DNA of 53,066 nt from an uncultured Oscillospiraceae bacterium (GTDB lineage Bacteria; Bacillota; Clostridia; Oscillospirales; Oscillospiraceae): contig CAKUEI010000001.1 in NCBI GenBank assembly GCA_934646175.1, positions 1 through 53,066 of the forward strand, written 5' to 3'. Position numbers and translations under genes: made by a program. Shown one piece after another: positions 39,038 through 48,177 of this stretch. The notes beneath the pieces are model-generated. The model was not told the origin of the DNA. It ran no database searches and worked only from the letters and a program-made list of their open reading frames with translations. Position 1 is the first letter of the stretch. Each line of letters begins with the position of its first letter.

Positions 39038-41006
39038 TCTGCGCAGCCGCTTTCTTCCCATCTCCCGCCGGGATATGGAGGCGCGCGGCTGGCAGGAATA
39101 TGACTTTCTGGTCATCACGGCGGATGCCTATGTGGACCATCCGTCCTTCGGCGCGGCGATCATCTCCCGCGTGCTGGAGGCGGAGGGGTACCGGGTGGCC
39201 GTTCTGGCTCAGCCGGACTGGCGCAAGACAGAAGCCTTTACGGTATTAGGCCGCCCGCGGCTGGGCGTGCTGATTTCCGGGGGAAATCTGGACTCCATGG
39301 TGGCCCACTACACGGTGGCGAAAAAGCGCCGCAGCGAGGACGCCTATTCTCCCGGCGGAAAGGCGGGCCTGCGACCGGATCGCGCCACTATCGTATACAG
39401 CAACCGCGTCCGGGAGGCATTTGGGGATATCCCCATCGTGATCGGCGGGCTGGAGGCGTCCCTCCGGCGCTTCGCCCATTATGACTACTGGGACGATAAG
39501 GTGCGCCGGGCCATTCTGTTTGATGCACAGGCGGACCTGCTGAGCTATGGCATGGGGGAGACCTCCATCCGCGAGATCGCCGCCCGCCTTGCCTCCGGCA
39601 CGCCGGTCTCGGAGATCACGGATGTAAAGGGAACTGCCTTTCTGGCCGAGCGGCCGTCCGTTTGCGCCTACAAAAAGGTGGAGTGCCCCTCCTACGAGGA
39701 TGTCTGCCACGATAAAAAGGCGTATGCCAAGGCCAATATGATCCAGTATCAGGAGCATGATCCCATCGTGGGCCGGGCTGTGGTGCAGCGCTGCGGCAAG
39801 CAGTGGCTTATCGTCAATCCCCCCGCCATGCCCCTTACTACGGAGGAACTGGACGCGGTGGCGGAGCTTCCCTATGTGCGTGAACCGCACCCGGTTTATG
39901 ATGCGCAGGGCGGTGTGCCCGGCATTGAAGAGGTGCGCTTTTCCGTTATCCACAACCGGGGATGCTTCGGTGCCTGCAACTTCTGCTCTCTTGCCTTCCA
40001 TCAGGGCAGGATCATTACCTCCCGCAGCCATGAAAGCGTGGTGCGCGAAGTGACTGCCCTGACTCATCATCCCGGATTTAAGGGCTATATTCACGATGTG
40101 GGCGGCCCCACGGCCAACTTCCGCCGCCCTGCCTGTAAAAAGCAGATGAAGGCGGGCCTTTGCAAAAACCGCGCCTGCCTTGCTCCGGAACCGTGCCCCA
40201 ATCTGGACGCGGACCATACGGACTACCTGAATCTTCTGCGCAAGCTGCGGGCCATCCCGGGGGTCAAAAAGGTGTTCATCCGCTCTGGCATTCGGTTTGA
40301 CTATCTGCTGAAGGACCCCAGCGGGGAATTTTTTGCGGAGTTGGTCAAGTACCACGTTTCCGGGCAGCTGAAGGTCGCGCCGGAGCACTGCGTTTCCCGG
40401 GTGCTGGATGCCATGGGAAAGCCCCATATCTCCGCCTACGAGACCTTCAAAAAGAAGTACGATGCCCTGAACGAACGGTATGAAAAGCCGCAGTTTCTGG
40501 TGCCGTACCTCATGTCGTCCCACCCTGGCTGCCGGTTGGAAGACGCGGTGTCCCTGGCCGAGTGGCTCCACCGCACGGGCCGCCAGCCGGAGCAGGTGCA
40601 GGATTTTTATCCCACACCCGGGACCCTGTCCACCTGCATGTTCTACACGGGGCTGGACCCCCGCACCATGAAGCGGGTCTTCGTGCCCAAAACGCCTCAT
40701 GAGAAGGCACTTCAGCGGGCCCTGATGCAGTGGAAGCGGCCGGAAAAGCGGGAGCTGGTGCTGGAAGCCCTTCACAAGGCGGGTAGGGAGGACCTGATTG
40801 GCTGTGGAAAGCAATGCCTCATCCGGCCGGACGCTCCGACGGGCTCCGCTCGCCCAGCAAAAGGAAAGGACCGGCGCAATGACCGCGCGGCTTCCTCCGG
40901 AACGGCCCGCCGTCCGGGAAAACCGGCGGAGTCAAGGGGGAAAAAGCCCGCAGGGAAAGGCGGGAGCGCCCCCCAGGGCCGCCCGGCCCCCAAAAAGAAA
41001 CACTGA
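39018..41006 (+). CDS. ygiQ: YgiQ family radical SAM protein (UPF0313)
   Basis: FLPISRRDMEARGWQEYDFLVITADAYVDHPSFG N-terminus, radical SAM Cys triad CFGACNFC, and a Lys/Arg/Pro-rich tail. The TTG start at 39018 overlaps the upstream gene; the exact start is uncertain. Confidence 0.88.
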   Translation: MATEKTDLRSRFLPISRRDMEARGWQEYDFLVITADAYVDHPSFGAAIISRVLEAEGYRVAVLAQPDWRKTEAFTVLGRPRLGVLISGGNLDSMVAHYTVAKKRRSEDAYSPGGKAGLRPDRATIVYSNRVREAFGDIPIVIGGLEASLRRFAHYDYWDDKVRRAILFDAQADLLSYGMGETSIREIAARLASGTPVSEITDVKGTAFLAERPSVCAYKKVECPSYEDVCHDKKAYAKANMIQYQEHDPIVGRAVVQRCGKQWLIVNPPAMPLTTEELDAVAELPYVREPHPVYDAQGGVPGIEEVRFSVIHNRGCFGACNFCSLAFHQGRIITSRSHESVVREVTALTHHPGFKGYIHDVGGPTANFRRPACKKQMKAGLCKNRACLAPEPCPNLDADHTDYLNLLRKLRAIPGVKKVFIRSGIRFDYLLKDPSGEFFAELVKYHVSGQLKVAPEHCVSRVLDAMGKPHISAYETFKKKYDALNERYEKPQFLVPYLMSSHPGCRLEDAVSLAEWLHRTGRQPEQVQDFYPTPGTLSTCMFYTGLDPRTMKRVFVPKTPHEKALQRALMQWKRPEKRELVLEALHKAGREDLIGCGKQCLIRPDAPTGSARPAKGKDRRNDRAASSGTARRPGKPAESRGKKPAGKGGSAPQGRPAPKKKH

Positions 41007-41010
41007 GAGA

Positions 41011-41053
41011 AGAACTGGCAGATCGCGTGCGACCTGCCAGTTCTTTTTATTTT
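41011..41053 (+). terminator. Rho-independent terminator of ygiQ
   Basis: 11-bp stem agaactggcag / ctgccagttct followed by ttttatttt. Confidence 0.85.
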
Positions 41054-41358
41054 CCGGTCACTTTTTCCCCGGCCTGTTTGATCTTTTCCCCGGCCTTTTC
41101 CGCGGCGTCTTCCATCTTTTCACCCGCCCGCTTGACCGTCCGCTTGGCATCCTGCATGGCGGTTTTCGGGGATTCCGGCATTTTGGCGCCGGCCACTCGG
41201 CCGTCCGCGGAGGCGTAATAACGGCTATTCTGCTCGGCGGAAATGTGCTTGTTGTCCGTTCCGGCGGAGCGACTTGCGGTTTTTTCACCGGAGCACCCGG
41301 CAAAGGCAAACGCCATCATCATGGCCATGACTGCGGCCGTAATCTGTTTACGCTTCAT
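41047..41358 (-). CDS. Small lipoprotein, function unknown
   Basis: Signal peptide and lipobox AFAFAGC. The C-terminus is Lys/Glu/Ala-rich and repetitive (EKMEDAAEKAGEKIKQAGEK). RBS is AAGGAGGA. Confidence 0.7.
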   Translation of the reverse strand: MKRKQITAAVMAMMMAFAFAGCSGEKTASRSAGTDNKHISAEQNSRYYASADGRVAGAKMPESPKTAMQDAKRTVKRAGEKMEDAAEKAGEKIKQAGEKVTGK

Positions 41359-41465
41359 AGAACACGGTCCTCCTTCTTAATATTTGCAAGGGAACTGCGC
41401 ATAGTATGTGTGAGATGTCTGCGGATTATGGAGGCAAAATTTTTGCAGATTTTGCGGAAAAGAGC

Positions 41466-41494
41466 TTGCAGTCAAACGGAAAGTGTGTTATTTT
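41466..41494 (+). promoter_or_regulatory. Possible promoter of the rubrerythrin gene
   Basis: TTGCAG-17 nt-TATTTT. This is a weak match. Confidence 0.3.
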
Positions 41495-41551
41495 TAAACA
41501 AGAATAATTCCTATTAAATATTTGGGTGAATCAGGAAAGGGGAACCATACC

Positions 41552-42088
41552 ATGGAACTGAAAGGTAGCAAGACCGAGGCCAATCTGTGGGCCGCTTTTG
41601 CAGGAGAGTCTCAGGCACGCAATAAATACACCTATTTTGCCAGCAAGGCGAAAAAAGAGGGGTATGAGCAGATCGCGGCAATCTTCACCGAGACGGCGGA
41701 CAACGAAAAAGAGCACGCCAAGATGTGGTTTAAGGAACTGAACGGCATCGGCACCACGGCAGAGAACCTGAAGGCCGCCGCCGCCGGGGAAAACGACGAG
41801 TGGACCAGCATGTATAAGGAAATGGCGGAGACCGCCCGGGAAGAGGGCTTTGACCGCATCGCCGCTCTGTTCGAAGGGGTCGCCAAGATCGAAAAACACC
41901 ATGAGGAGCGCTATCTGACCCTGCTGGCCAGCCTGGAGAACGATCTGGTCTTCAAGGCCGGGGAAGAGACCGTCTGGATCTGCCGCAACTGCGGGCATAT
42001 CCATGTGGGCAAGGAGGCGCCGGAGGTCTGCCCCGTCTGCGCCCATCCACAGGCGTATTTCCAGCGCTGCAGCGAGAAGTTCAACTGA
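41552..42088 (+). CDS. rbr: Rubrerythrin
   Basis: ATG 41552 ([26 protein letters not shown]). Diiron ferritin-like EXXH motifs are present ([16 protein letters not shown]). The C-terminal rubredoxin motif is CRNCG...CPVC. Confidence 0.95.
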   Translation: MELKGSKTEANLWAAFAGESQARNKYTYFASKAKKEGYEQIAAIFTETADNEKEHAKMWFKELNGIGTTAENLKAAAAGENDEWTSMYKEMAETAREEGFDRIAALFEGVAKIEKHHEERYLTLLASLENDLVFKAGEETVWICRNCGHIHVGKEAPEVCPVCAHPQAYFQRCSEKFN

Positions 42089-42100
42089 TTTTCCGCAGCA

Positions 42101-42145
42101 AAAAAGCACGCAGGACAACCTGTCCTGCGTGCTTTTTCTTTTTTG
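42101..42145. terminator. Bidirectional rho-independent terminator
   Basis: 17-bp stem aaaaagcacgcaggaca / tgtcctgcgtgcttttt, loop acc, and a long T-run. Confidence 0.9.
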
Positions 42146-42147
42146 TG

Positions 42148-43578
42148 TTACGCTGCGTCTGCCATTTCAGCAGCGGCGGGCGTCAGGCGGATGAGGGCCG
42201 CGTCGGCATCCCATGTGACGGACAGGCCGGAACCCTCCGCAGCGTCCCGTAGCTTGTACCACTGCTGCCCGTTCCAGGAGAAGGAGGGAAGGGAGGCGGC
42301 ATTCGCTTCCAGCTTCGCTGCATGCTCCGCTGTCAGGAGGGGAGACCACGCCTCCTGCGTGACAAAGTTCACGCCGCCGTACTGCATGGCGTCGACGGAG
42401 ACGGTGGAGCCGTTTAAGAGAACGGACGCGGGGCGGAAGGTGGGGGTGCAGTTCCTGTTTGACAGGACAGACAGGGCATGGGCCGCCTCCTTGCGGATGA
42501 GGTAACCGGCCTTTGCGTCACCCTTGTAGCCCACATTGGGCGCGGATGCGCCGAAGCGCGCGTAAACGCGCTGCAGGATGACAGCGGCGGCGGAAGCGGT
42601 GATGTACTCATCCGGGTGGAAGCAGTTCCCACCGGTGCCCTGAATGATTCCGGCGGAGCGGAAGGCCATCACCGCCTGGAAATCGGTGTGGTTCTCCGGA
42701 ACATCGGCGAAGATTTCCGTATTTTCTGCGGACTCAGTAAGGCCGAGGTAGTGGGACAGCAGGGTTAGATACTCCCCGCGGGTGACCCCGTACCAGGGGC
42801 CAAATGTGAGGCTGCTCATGGTGGTCATCCACCCGGCATCCAGCACCGTTTGGACTTCGGATGCCGCCTTGCTTCCCGCACGAAGATCAACAAGTCCGTT
42901 CAGCGGCTCCGCAGGCAGCTCGCTGCCGGAGTAGGCGGGGGTGGCGTAGCCGCGGATATAGATGCTGTCCAGCTGGTGGACCCGCACCATGACCCGGTCC
43001 GGCACATAGGGGCCGGTCCGCCCAGTGGAAACGGGGAGAAACTTTTCCGGCGTGTCCAGCCGGTTTGCCAGCGTGTTGCCCTCCACGCTGTAGACCTTGC
43101 CGTCCTCTACATAAAGTACGATGCCCACGTGGGAGGAGATCCCGGCGCCGTTCCAGTCGTAGAAGATCAGGTCGCCTATTTGAGGGATATAGCTCCCACC
43201 CCGGGAAAGACTGTTCTGCCACCGGCCCATCTTCTGGAAGGTGCGCATTCCGGTGGTGCAGCTGGCAAAGCGGGGGATGACCGCGGTGGAGATCCCGGCC
43301 TGGTCAGCACACCAGGTGACGAACATGGCGCACCAGTAGGCGTTGGGAATGCCATACCAGTCCCCGTATTTGGAGGATTCCTGAACGCCGTTGGCGCTGT
43401 CGGTGTAGTCCATCTGGGAAAGGGCTGCTGCCGCCAGGTCGGAAGCCTGATTGCCTGTGTTGACATGAGTGTTCTCCCAGGCGGCCCCGGCAGAAAACAG
43501 GGCGGACAGAAGCAGGGCGGAGGCAAGAAGCAGAGCGCAGAAACGAATGGTCAAAGGTCGCTTTTTGGATGCAGTCAT
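42148..43578 (-). CDS. Secreted CHAP-domain peptidoglycan amidase with SLH-like repeats and a copper-amine-oxidase-N-like C-terminal domain
   Basis: ATG 43578 (MTASKKRPLTIRFCALLL is the signal sequence). CHAP Cys and His motifs are present (NAYWCAMFVTWC, SSHVGIV). An SLH-like FADVPENHTDFQAVMAFRSAGIIQG repeat follows. Confidence 0.8.
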   Translation of the reverse strand: MTASKKRPLTIRFCALLLASALLLSALFSAGAAWENTHVNTGNQASDLAAAALSQMDYTDSANGVQESSKYGDWYGIPNAYWCAMFVTWCADQAGISTAVIPRFASCTTGMRTFQKMGRWQNSLSRGGSYIPQIGDLIFYDWNGAGISSHVGIVLYVEDGKVYSVEGNTLANRLDTPEKFLPVSTGRTGPYVPDRVMVRVHQLDSIYIRGYATPAYSGSELPAEPLNGLVDLRAGSKAASEVQTVLDAGWMTTMSSLTFGPWYGVTRGEYLTLLSHYLGLTESAENTEIFADVPENHTDFQAVMAFRSAGIIQGTGGNCFHPDEYITASAAAVILQRVYARFGASAPNVGYKGDAKAGYLIRKEAAHALSVLSNRNCTPTFRPASVLLNGSTVSVDAMQYGGVNFVTQEAWSPLLTAEHAAKLEANAASLPSFSWNGQQWYKLRDAAEGSGLSVTWDADAALIRLTPAAAEMADAA

Positions 43579-43650
43579 GGACAAATCCCTCTCTTTCTCT
43601 CTCTCAATGTCCATGATAGTCGAAAAAGGGAGAAATTGTCAAGCCCTGTG

Positions 43651-44427
43651 TCAGGACAGCAGGGCGGAAAGAAGGTCGGAAACCTCCGGATAGGCCAAAA
43701 CCGCCTGTTTTACCCCCAGTGCGCGGGAGAGCATTAGCTTTTTCCGGATGGAACCGGCATCGTCGAACAAAACGAAGTGGGCGCCGCTCTGGCGGCTCAT
43801 ATAGGTGAAGTAGTGGGCGCACAGCTCATCGGAGAAGAAGACGGAGGGCGACATGGCGTGGATGCGGCTTTTAAGCTCATCCTGGGTCAGGGGCACCCCG
43901 CTTCCGGCGGGGGAGGGGAGAAAGAAATCCTCCGCCGAGCGCTGAACGGCCAGCGTGAGCCGGTCGGCACCGAATCGTTCCCCGGCGTCCAGCAGGCGCT
44001 GCCGCAGAGAGCCGCCGGACAGGGCGGAGGGGATCAGCACATGGGCCTTTTCCGTAAAGGCCCCGTACGCCTCCGGGACGTACAGGGGCCAGCCACGGCG
44101 GGCGGCGGCATCTCCAAGCTCGGCGATCACTCGGCCGGAGAGGGCGGCAGGCTTTTGCTCCCAGTCGCAGATGATCCCATCGAACCCGCGGGAGGCGCAT
44201 TCCCGCAGGATTTCGCGGCAGATCTGACCGGCATCGCCGCCCTCCCAGCCCGTGTCATCCAGCACCATCAGTCCGCCGCGCATCCCGACGGGTGCGCCGG
44301 AGCGCAGCAGGTGGCCGCCCTGCCCCAGCCGGTAGGCCATGTGGCCGATGGGAAGGCCATATACGCAGGCCGCCTGCAGCTGGTGCGGCGGTACGGTGAG
44401 CAGCAGTTCCGGACGGTTTTGTCCCAT
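43651..44427 (-). CDS. Hypothetical protein with a GH18-like DGxxxDWE motif
   Basis: ATG 44427 (MGQNRPELLL) after GGGGGA. GFDGIICDWEQ resembles the GH18 DGxDxDWE catalytic strand but lacks the middle Asp. No signal peptide is visible. Confidence 0.55.
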   Translation of the reverse strand: MGQNRPELLLTVPPHQLQAACVYGLPIGHMAYRLGQGGHLLRSGAPVGMRGGLMVLDDTGWEGGDAGQICREILRECASRGFDGIICDWEQKPAALSGRVIAELGDAAARRGWPLYVPEAYGAFTEKAHVLIPSALSGGSLRQRLLDAGERFGADRLTLAVQRSAEDFFLPSPAGSGVPLTQDELKSRIHAMSPSVFFSDELCAHYFTYMSRQSGAHFVLFDDAGSIRKKLMLSRALGVKQAVLAYPEVSDLLSALLS

Positions 44428-44439
44428 AGGAGTTCCCCC

Positions 44440-44468
44440 TTGTCCAATGTTTTCAGAAGTGATATAAT
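44440..44468 (+). promoter_or_regulatory. Candidate promoter of the yqeG-like operon
   Basis: TTGTCC (44440-44445), 17-nt spacer, TATAAT (44463-44468). Confidence 0.6.
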
Positions 44469-44476
44469 GCAGAAGC

Positions 44477-45022
44477 ATGTATATGCGTATCAAACGGAAT
44501 CTATGCGGAGGTGTTCCCGTGGCTTTTTCCCTGCTGCCCGATTACTGCTGCGGCAGCGTTTTTGAGATCGACCCGCAGGCGCTGCGCCGCCATGGCGTCA
44601 CGCTGCTGCTGGCCGATCTGGACAACACCCTGATCTCTTATGACGAGACCATGCCGGATGAAAAGCTGTTCCGGTTTGAAGAAAGCCTGCGCCAAGCGGG
44701 TATTCAGCTGTTTCTTCTTTCCAACAGCCGCAAGCCGGAGCGGCCCTGCCGCTTTGCGCAGGCCCTCGGCATCCCCTTTCTCGGCCACGCCGGGAAGCCG
44801 AAGCGCGGCGGCTACCGGAAGGCCATGGAGCAGATGGGCCGCACCGCGGAGGAGACCATGATGGTGGGGGACCAGATCTTTACCGACGTTTTGGGCGCGA
44901 AGCGTACCGGGATCCCGGTCATTCTGGTGCAGCCCATCCGTCTGGCGGGCAATCCGGGAAGATATTTGCGCTATGGGGCGGAGCTGCCCATGCGCTTCAT
45001 CAGAAGAAGGAGTCATTTATGA
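44477..45022 (+). CDS. yqeG: YqeG family HAD-IIIA phosphatase
   Basis: LLADLDNTLI (DxDxT motif), LLSNS, GKPK and MVGDQIFTDV motifs. ATG 44477 lies only about 9 nt after the -10 element. In-frame GTG 44519 sits 8 nt after GGAGG and is a plausible true start. Confidence 0.85.
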   Translation: MYMRIKRNLCGGVPVAFSLLPDYCCGSVFEIDPQALRRHGVTLLLADLDNTLISYDETMPDEKLFRFEESLRQAGIQLFLLSNSRKPERPCRFAQALGIPFLGHAGKPKRGGYRKAMEQMGRTAEETMMVGDQIFTDVLGAKRTGIPVILVQPIRLAGNPGRYLRYGAELPMRFIRRRSHL

Positions 45023-45888
45023 GTGCTGTTTTTGGCCCTGCGGGCAATTCGGAGTCCTTTTCTGCCCAATATAAATCTTCGCTGAAGGCTCCGGAGTGGC
45101 TGCGGGGAATGGGACTGGATGCCTATGAATACCAGTGCGGCAAGGGCGTGAACGTGGGGGAAGAGACCGCGCGGAAAATGGGGGAGCAGGCGAAAGTACA
45201 CGGCATCCGCCTTTCCCTCCACGCGCCGTATTTCATCAACCTTGCCAATCCGGAGCCGGAAAGTCTGGTAAAAACCGCGGGCTATATCACCCGAGCCTGC
45301 GAGGCGGCGGACTGGATGGGGGCAAGCCGGGTCATCATCCACTCCGGCGCGCTGATGAAGCGCACCCGGCGGGAGGCGCAGGAGATCGCTCTGCGATCGC
45401 TGAAGGAGATCCTGCGCATCTGCGACGATGCCGGGTATGCCCACATCCACCTCTGCCCGGAGACCATGGGCAAGATCAATCAGCTGGGTGATCTGGACGA
45501 GGTGCTGGAGCTTTGTACCCTGGATGAACGCATGATCCCCTGCGTAGACTTCGGACATCTCTACGCGCGCACTCTGGGCGAACTGAACGGGGACGAGGCG
45601 TGCGAGCGCATGCTGGACCGGATGAAGGAAATTTTGGGGGAGGAGCGGGCCTCCCATTTCCACAGCCATTTTTCCAAGATCGAATTTACGTTAAACGGCG
45701 GGGAAAAGAAGCATCTTACCTTTGCCCAATCCGACTTTGGCCCGGACTGGACGCCCCTTGCCCGCGCTGTGGCCCAGCGGGGCTGGAGTCCCACCTTCAT
45801 CTGTGAGTCTGCCGGGACCCAGGCGGAGGACGCCCTTACCATGAAAAAGACCTATTGGAGTTTTGTAAAAGGAGACGAAGCAAAATGA
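45019..45888 (+). CDS. TIM-barrel protein of the xylose-isomerase-like / endonuclease IV-like superfamily
   Basis: 289 aa with an ATGA overlap with yqeG. Metal-ligand-like positions LHAPYFINL, IHSG, CPET and DFGH are present. Confidence 0.6.
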   Translation: MSAVFGPAGNSESFSAQYKSSLKAPEWLRGMGLDAYEYQCGKGVNVGEETARKMGEQAKVHGIRLSLHAPYFINLANPEPESLVKTAGYITRACEAADWMGASRVIIHSGALMKRTRREAQEIALRSLKEILRICDDAGYAHIHLCPETMGKINQLGDLDEVLELCTLDERMIPCVDFGHLYARTLGELNGDEACERMLDRMKEILGEERASHFHSHFSKIEFTLNGGEKKHLTFAQSDFGPDWTPLARAVAQRGWSPTFICESAGTQAEDALTMKKTYWSFVKGDEAK

Positions 45889-46949
45889 ACCATCTGAACC
45901 ATATTGCAGCGCATCTGAAGGACTATGACATCGACCCCATGCTGATCACCTCCGCCCCCGGCGAGTTCTACGCCGTAGGTTTCCACGGGGAAGGCGCGGT
46001 CCTGGTCACCGAGAAAGAGAACTATTATTTCACCGATTCCCGCTACATCGAGGCGGCGGAAAAGCAGATCGGCGACTGCCATGTGTCCCTGCCTCCCGCG
46101 GGCATGAACTATCCCAAGACCATTCAGAGCCTGGTGGAAAAGCTGAACATCAAGACCATCGGGTTTGAAGGGCAGTATATGTCGGTGGACACCTTCCGAC
46201 GCTGGGAAGAGGCGCTCAGCGCGAAAATGACCCCTGCCGGGAAGCTGCTGGACGAGCTGCGCATGGTCAAGGACGAAGAGGAAATCCGCCTGATGGAGGC
46301 CGCCCAGCGCATTACGGACGAGGCGTTCACCAAGATCTGTGCTTTCATCAAGCCCGGCATCAGCGAGATCGAGATCGCGGCCCGGCTTCAGTACGAGATG
46401 CTGCTGGCCGGGGCGCAGCGCATGTCCTTCGACCCCATCGTGGCCTCCGGCCCCAACGGGAGTATGCCTCACGCCATTCCCGGCGAGCGCAAGGTGCAAA
46501 AGGGCGACTTCATCACCATGGACTTCGGCTGCGTGGTGGGCGGCTATTGCTCGGATATGACCCGTACTGTGGCCCTGGGCGAGCCGACGGAAGAGATGAA
46601 GAAGGTTTATGCGACGGTGCTGGAGGCGCAGCTTGCCGGCATTGCAGTGGCCAAAGCCGGCGTTACCGGCGATACGGTCCACGCTGCGGCTGCCGACATC
46701 ATTGCAAAGGCGGGCTATGGAAAATATTTCGGCCACGGCTTCGGCCACAGCGTGGGCATCGAGATCCACGAGAATCCCCGTTTCTCTCCTGCGTGGAAGA
46801 AGGCCATCCCCGCAGGGGCCGCCCTTTCGGCGGAGCCGGGTATCTACATTCCCGGCAAATTCGGCGTCCGCATCGAGGATGTGCTCATTCTGGAAGAGGG
46901 CGGAAATCGCGATATCACCCATTCGTCCAAGGAACTGATCATCCTGTGA
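45885..46949 (+). CDS. pepP: Xaa-Pro aminopeptidase (M24B family)
   Basis: ATG 45885 (MNHLNHI) with an ATGA overlap and AAGGAGA RBS. Metal ligands lie in DFGCVVGGYCSDMTRT, HGFGHSVGIEIHE and AEPGIY...RIED. Confidence 0.9.
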   Translation: MNHLNHIAAHLKDYDIDPMLITSAPGEFYAVGFHGEGAVLVTEKENYYFTDSRYIEAAEKQIGDCHVSLPPAGMNYPKTIQSLVEKLNIKTIGFEGQYMSVDTFRRWEEALSAKMTPAGKLLDELRMVKDEEEIRLMEAAQRITDEAFTKICAFIKPGISEIEIAARLQYEMLLAGAQRMSFDPIVASGPNGSMPHAIPGERKVQKGDFITMDFGCVVGGYCSDMTRTVALGEPTEEMKKVYATVLEAQLAGIAVAKAGVTGDTVHAAAADIIAKAGYGKYFGHGFGHSVGIEIHENPRFSPAWKKAIPAGAALSAEPGIYIPGKFGVRIEDVLILEEGGNRDITHSSKELIIL

Positions 46950-46990
46950 AACATTTCCCGGATAAAAAACTGCGGAAAACCAGAAAATGC

Positions 46991-47019
46991 TTGCAATATC
47001 CCGGAATAAGGGGTAAAAT
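46991..47019 (+). promoter_or_regulatory. Candidate promoter of efp
   Basis: TTGCAA (46991-46996), 17-nt spacer, TAAAAT (47014-47019). Confidence 0.65.
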
Positions 47020-47055
47020 ATTTTAGCTTATAATAACATTTGGAGGATGATTCCT

Positions 47056-47625
47056 ATGGCTACGATTTCTGCCAGCGACTTCCGCAATGGCATAACCTTT
47101 GAAATGAACGGTCAGGTCATGACGGTCATTGAGTTCCAGCACGTCAAGCCCGGCAAGGGCGCTGCGTTTGTGCGCACCAAGTACAAGAACGTGATCACCG
47201 GCGCCATCCGCGAGGAATCCTTTAACCCCACCGCCAAGTTCGAGCAGGCGTTTGTGGAGCGCAAGGATATGGAGTACAGCTATAACGACGGCGACCTGTA
47301 TTACTTCATGGATCAGGAGACCTATGAACTCGTTCCCATTAGCAAAGACATTCTGGGCGACAACTTCAAGTTCGTCACCGAGAACATGGTGTGCACCATC
47401 CGCTCCTATAAGGGCAAGGTCTTTGCGGTGGAGCCCCCCAACTTTGTGGAGCTGACCGTCATCAAGACCGACCCCGGCTTTGCTGGCAACACCGCCACCA
47501 ATACCCTGAAGCCCGCCACGCTGGAGACCGGCGCCGAGGTCAAGGTGCCCCTGTTCATCGAAGAGGGCGAGAAGATCCAGATTGACACCCGTACCGGCGA
47601 GTACCTGAGCCGCGTGAAGGGCTGA
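47056..47625 (+). CDS. efp: Elongation factor P
   Basis: ATG 47056 lies 9 nt after GGAGG. Sequence begins [45 protein letters not shown]. 189 aa. Confidence 0.96.
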   Translation: MATISASDFRNGITFEMNGQVMTVIEFQHVKPGKGAAFVRTKYKNVITGAIREESFNPTAKFEQAFVERKDMEYSYNDGDLYYFMDQETYELVPISKDILGDNFKFVTENMVCTIRSYKGKVFAVEPPNFVELTVIKTDPGFAGNTATNTLKPATLETGAEVKVPLFIEEGEKIQIDTRTGEYLSRVKG

Positions 47626-47670
47626 TTTGTGCAGCGCCCGGTATCCGGGCATGTGAAAAGGAGAATTACC

Positions 47671-48078
47671 ATGACTATTTCTGAAAAGGTCGCATACCTC
47701 AAGGGCCTGGCCGAGGGCCTGGATCTTGACACCGTCAAGTCCAAGGAGGGCAAGCTGATCTCCGTGATGATCGGCATCATGGAAGAGCTGGCTATGTCCG
47801 TGGAAGATTTGGAGGAGTGCACCGAAGAGCTGGGCGACGAGATCGACGCCATCTCCGACGATTTGTCCGATGTGGAAGAGGTCGTTTTCGACGAAGAGGA
47901 CGACGAGGATGAGGATGACCTGGATGACGATTTCTTCGAGGTCGAGTGCCCCAACTGCGGGGACGAGCTGGTCATCGATGAGGACGTGCTGGACGCAGGC
48001 ACCATTCAGTGCCCCAATTGCCAGCAGACTTTCGCTCTGGATCTCACCGATGAGGATGAGGATTCCACCGAGGAGTAA
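47671..48078 (+). CDS. Highly acidic protein with a C-terminal zinc ribbon (CPNC...CPNC); CD1247-N-like
   Basis: ATG 47671 after AAAGGAGA (MTISEKVAYLKGLAEGL). It has an Asp/Glu run (FDEEDDEDEDDLDDDFFE) and two CPNC motifs. 135 aa. Confidence 0.7.
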   Translation: MTISEKVAYLKGLAEGLDLDTVKSKEGKLISVMIGIMEELAMSVEDLEECTEELGDEIDAISDDLSDVEEVVFDEEDDEDEDDLDDDFFEVECPNCGDELVIDEDVLDAGTIQCPNCQQTFALDLTDEDEDSTEE

Positions 48079-48091
48079 TTCCTGTATGCGT

Positions 48092-48136
48092 AAAAGTCCC
48101 CCGGCGTGCCATTGGCACGCCGGGGGACTTTTTGTT
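48092..48136. terminator. Strong rho-independent terminator between efp-operon and znu-operon ends
   Basis: 19-bp stem aaaagtcccccggcgtgcc / ggcacgccgggggactttt followed by a T-run. Confidence 0.9.
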
Positions 48137-48177
48137 CTGAGTTCGGTCCGTTTTCATGGACGGAATCGGGGAGACGC

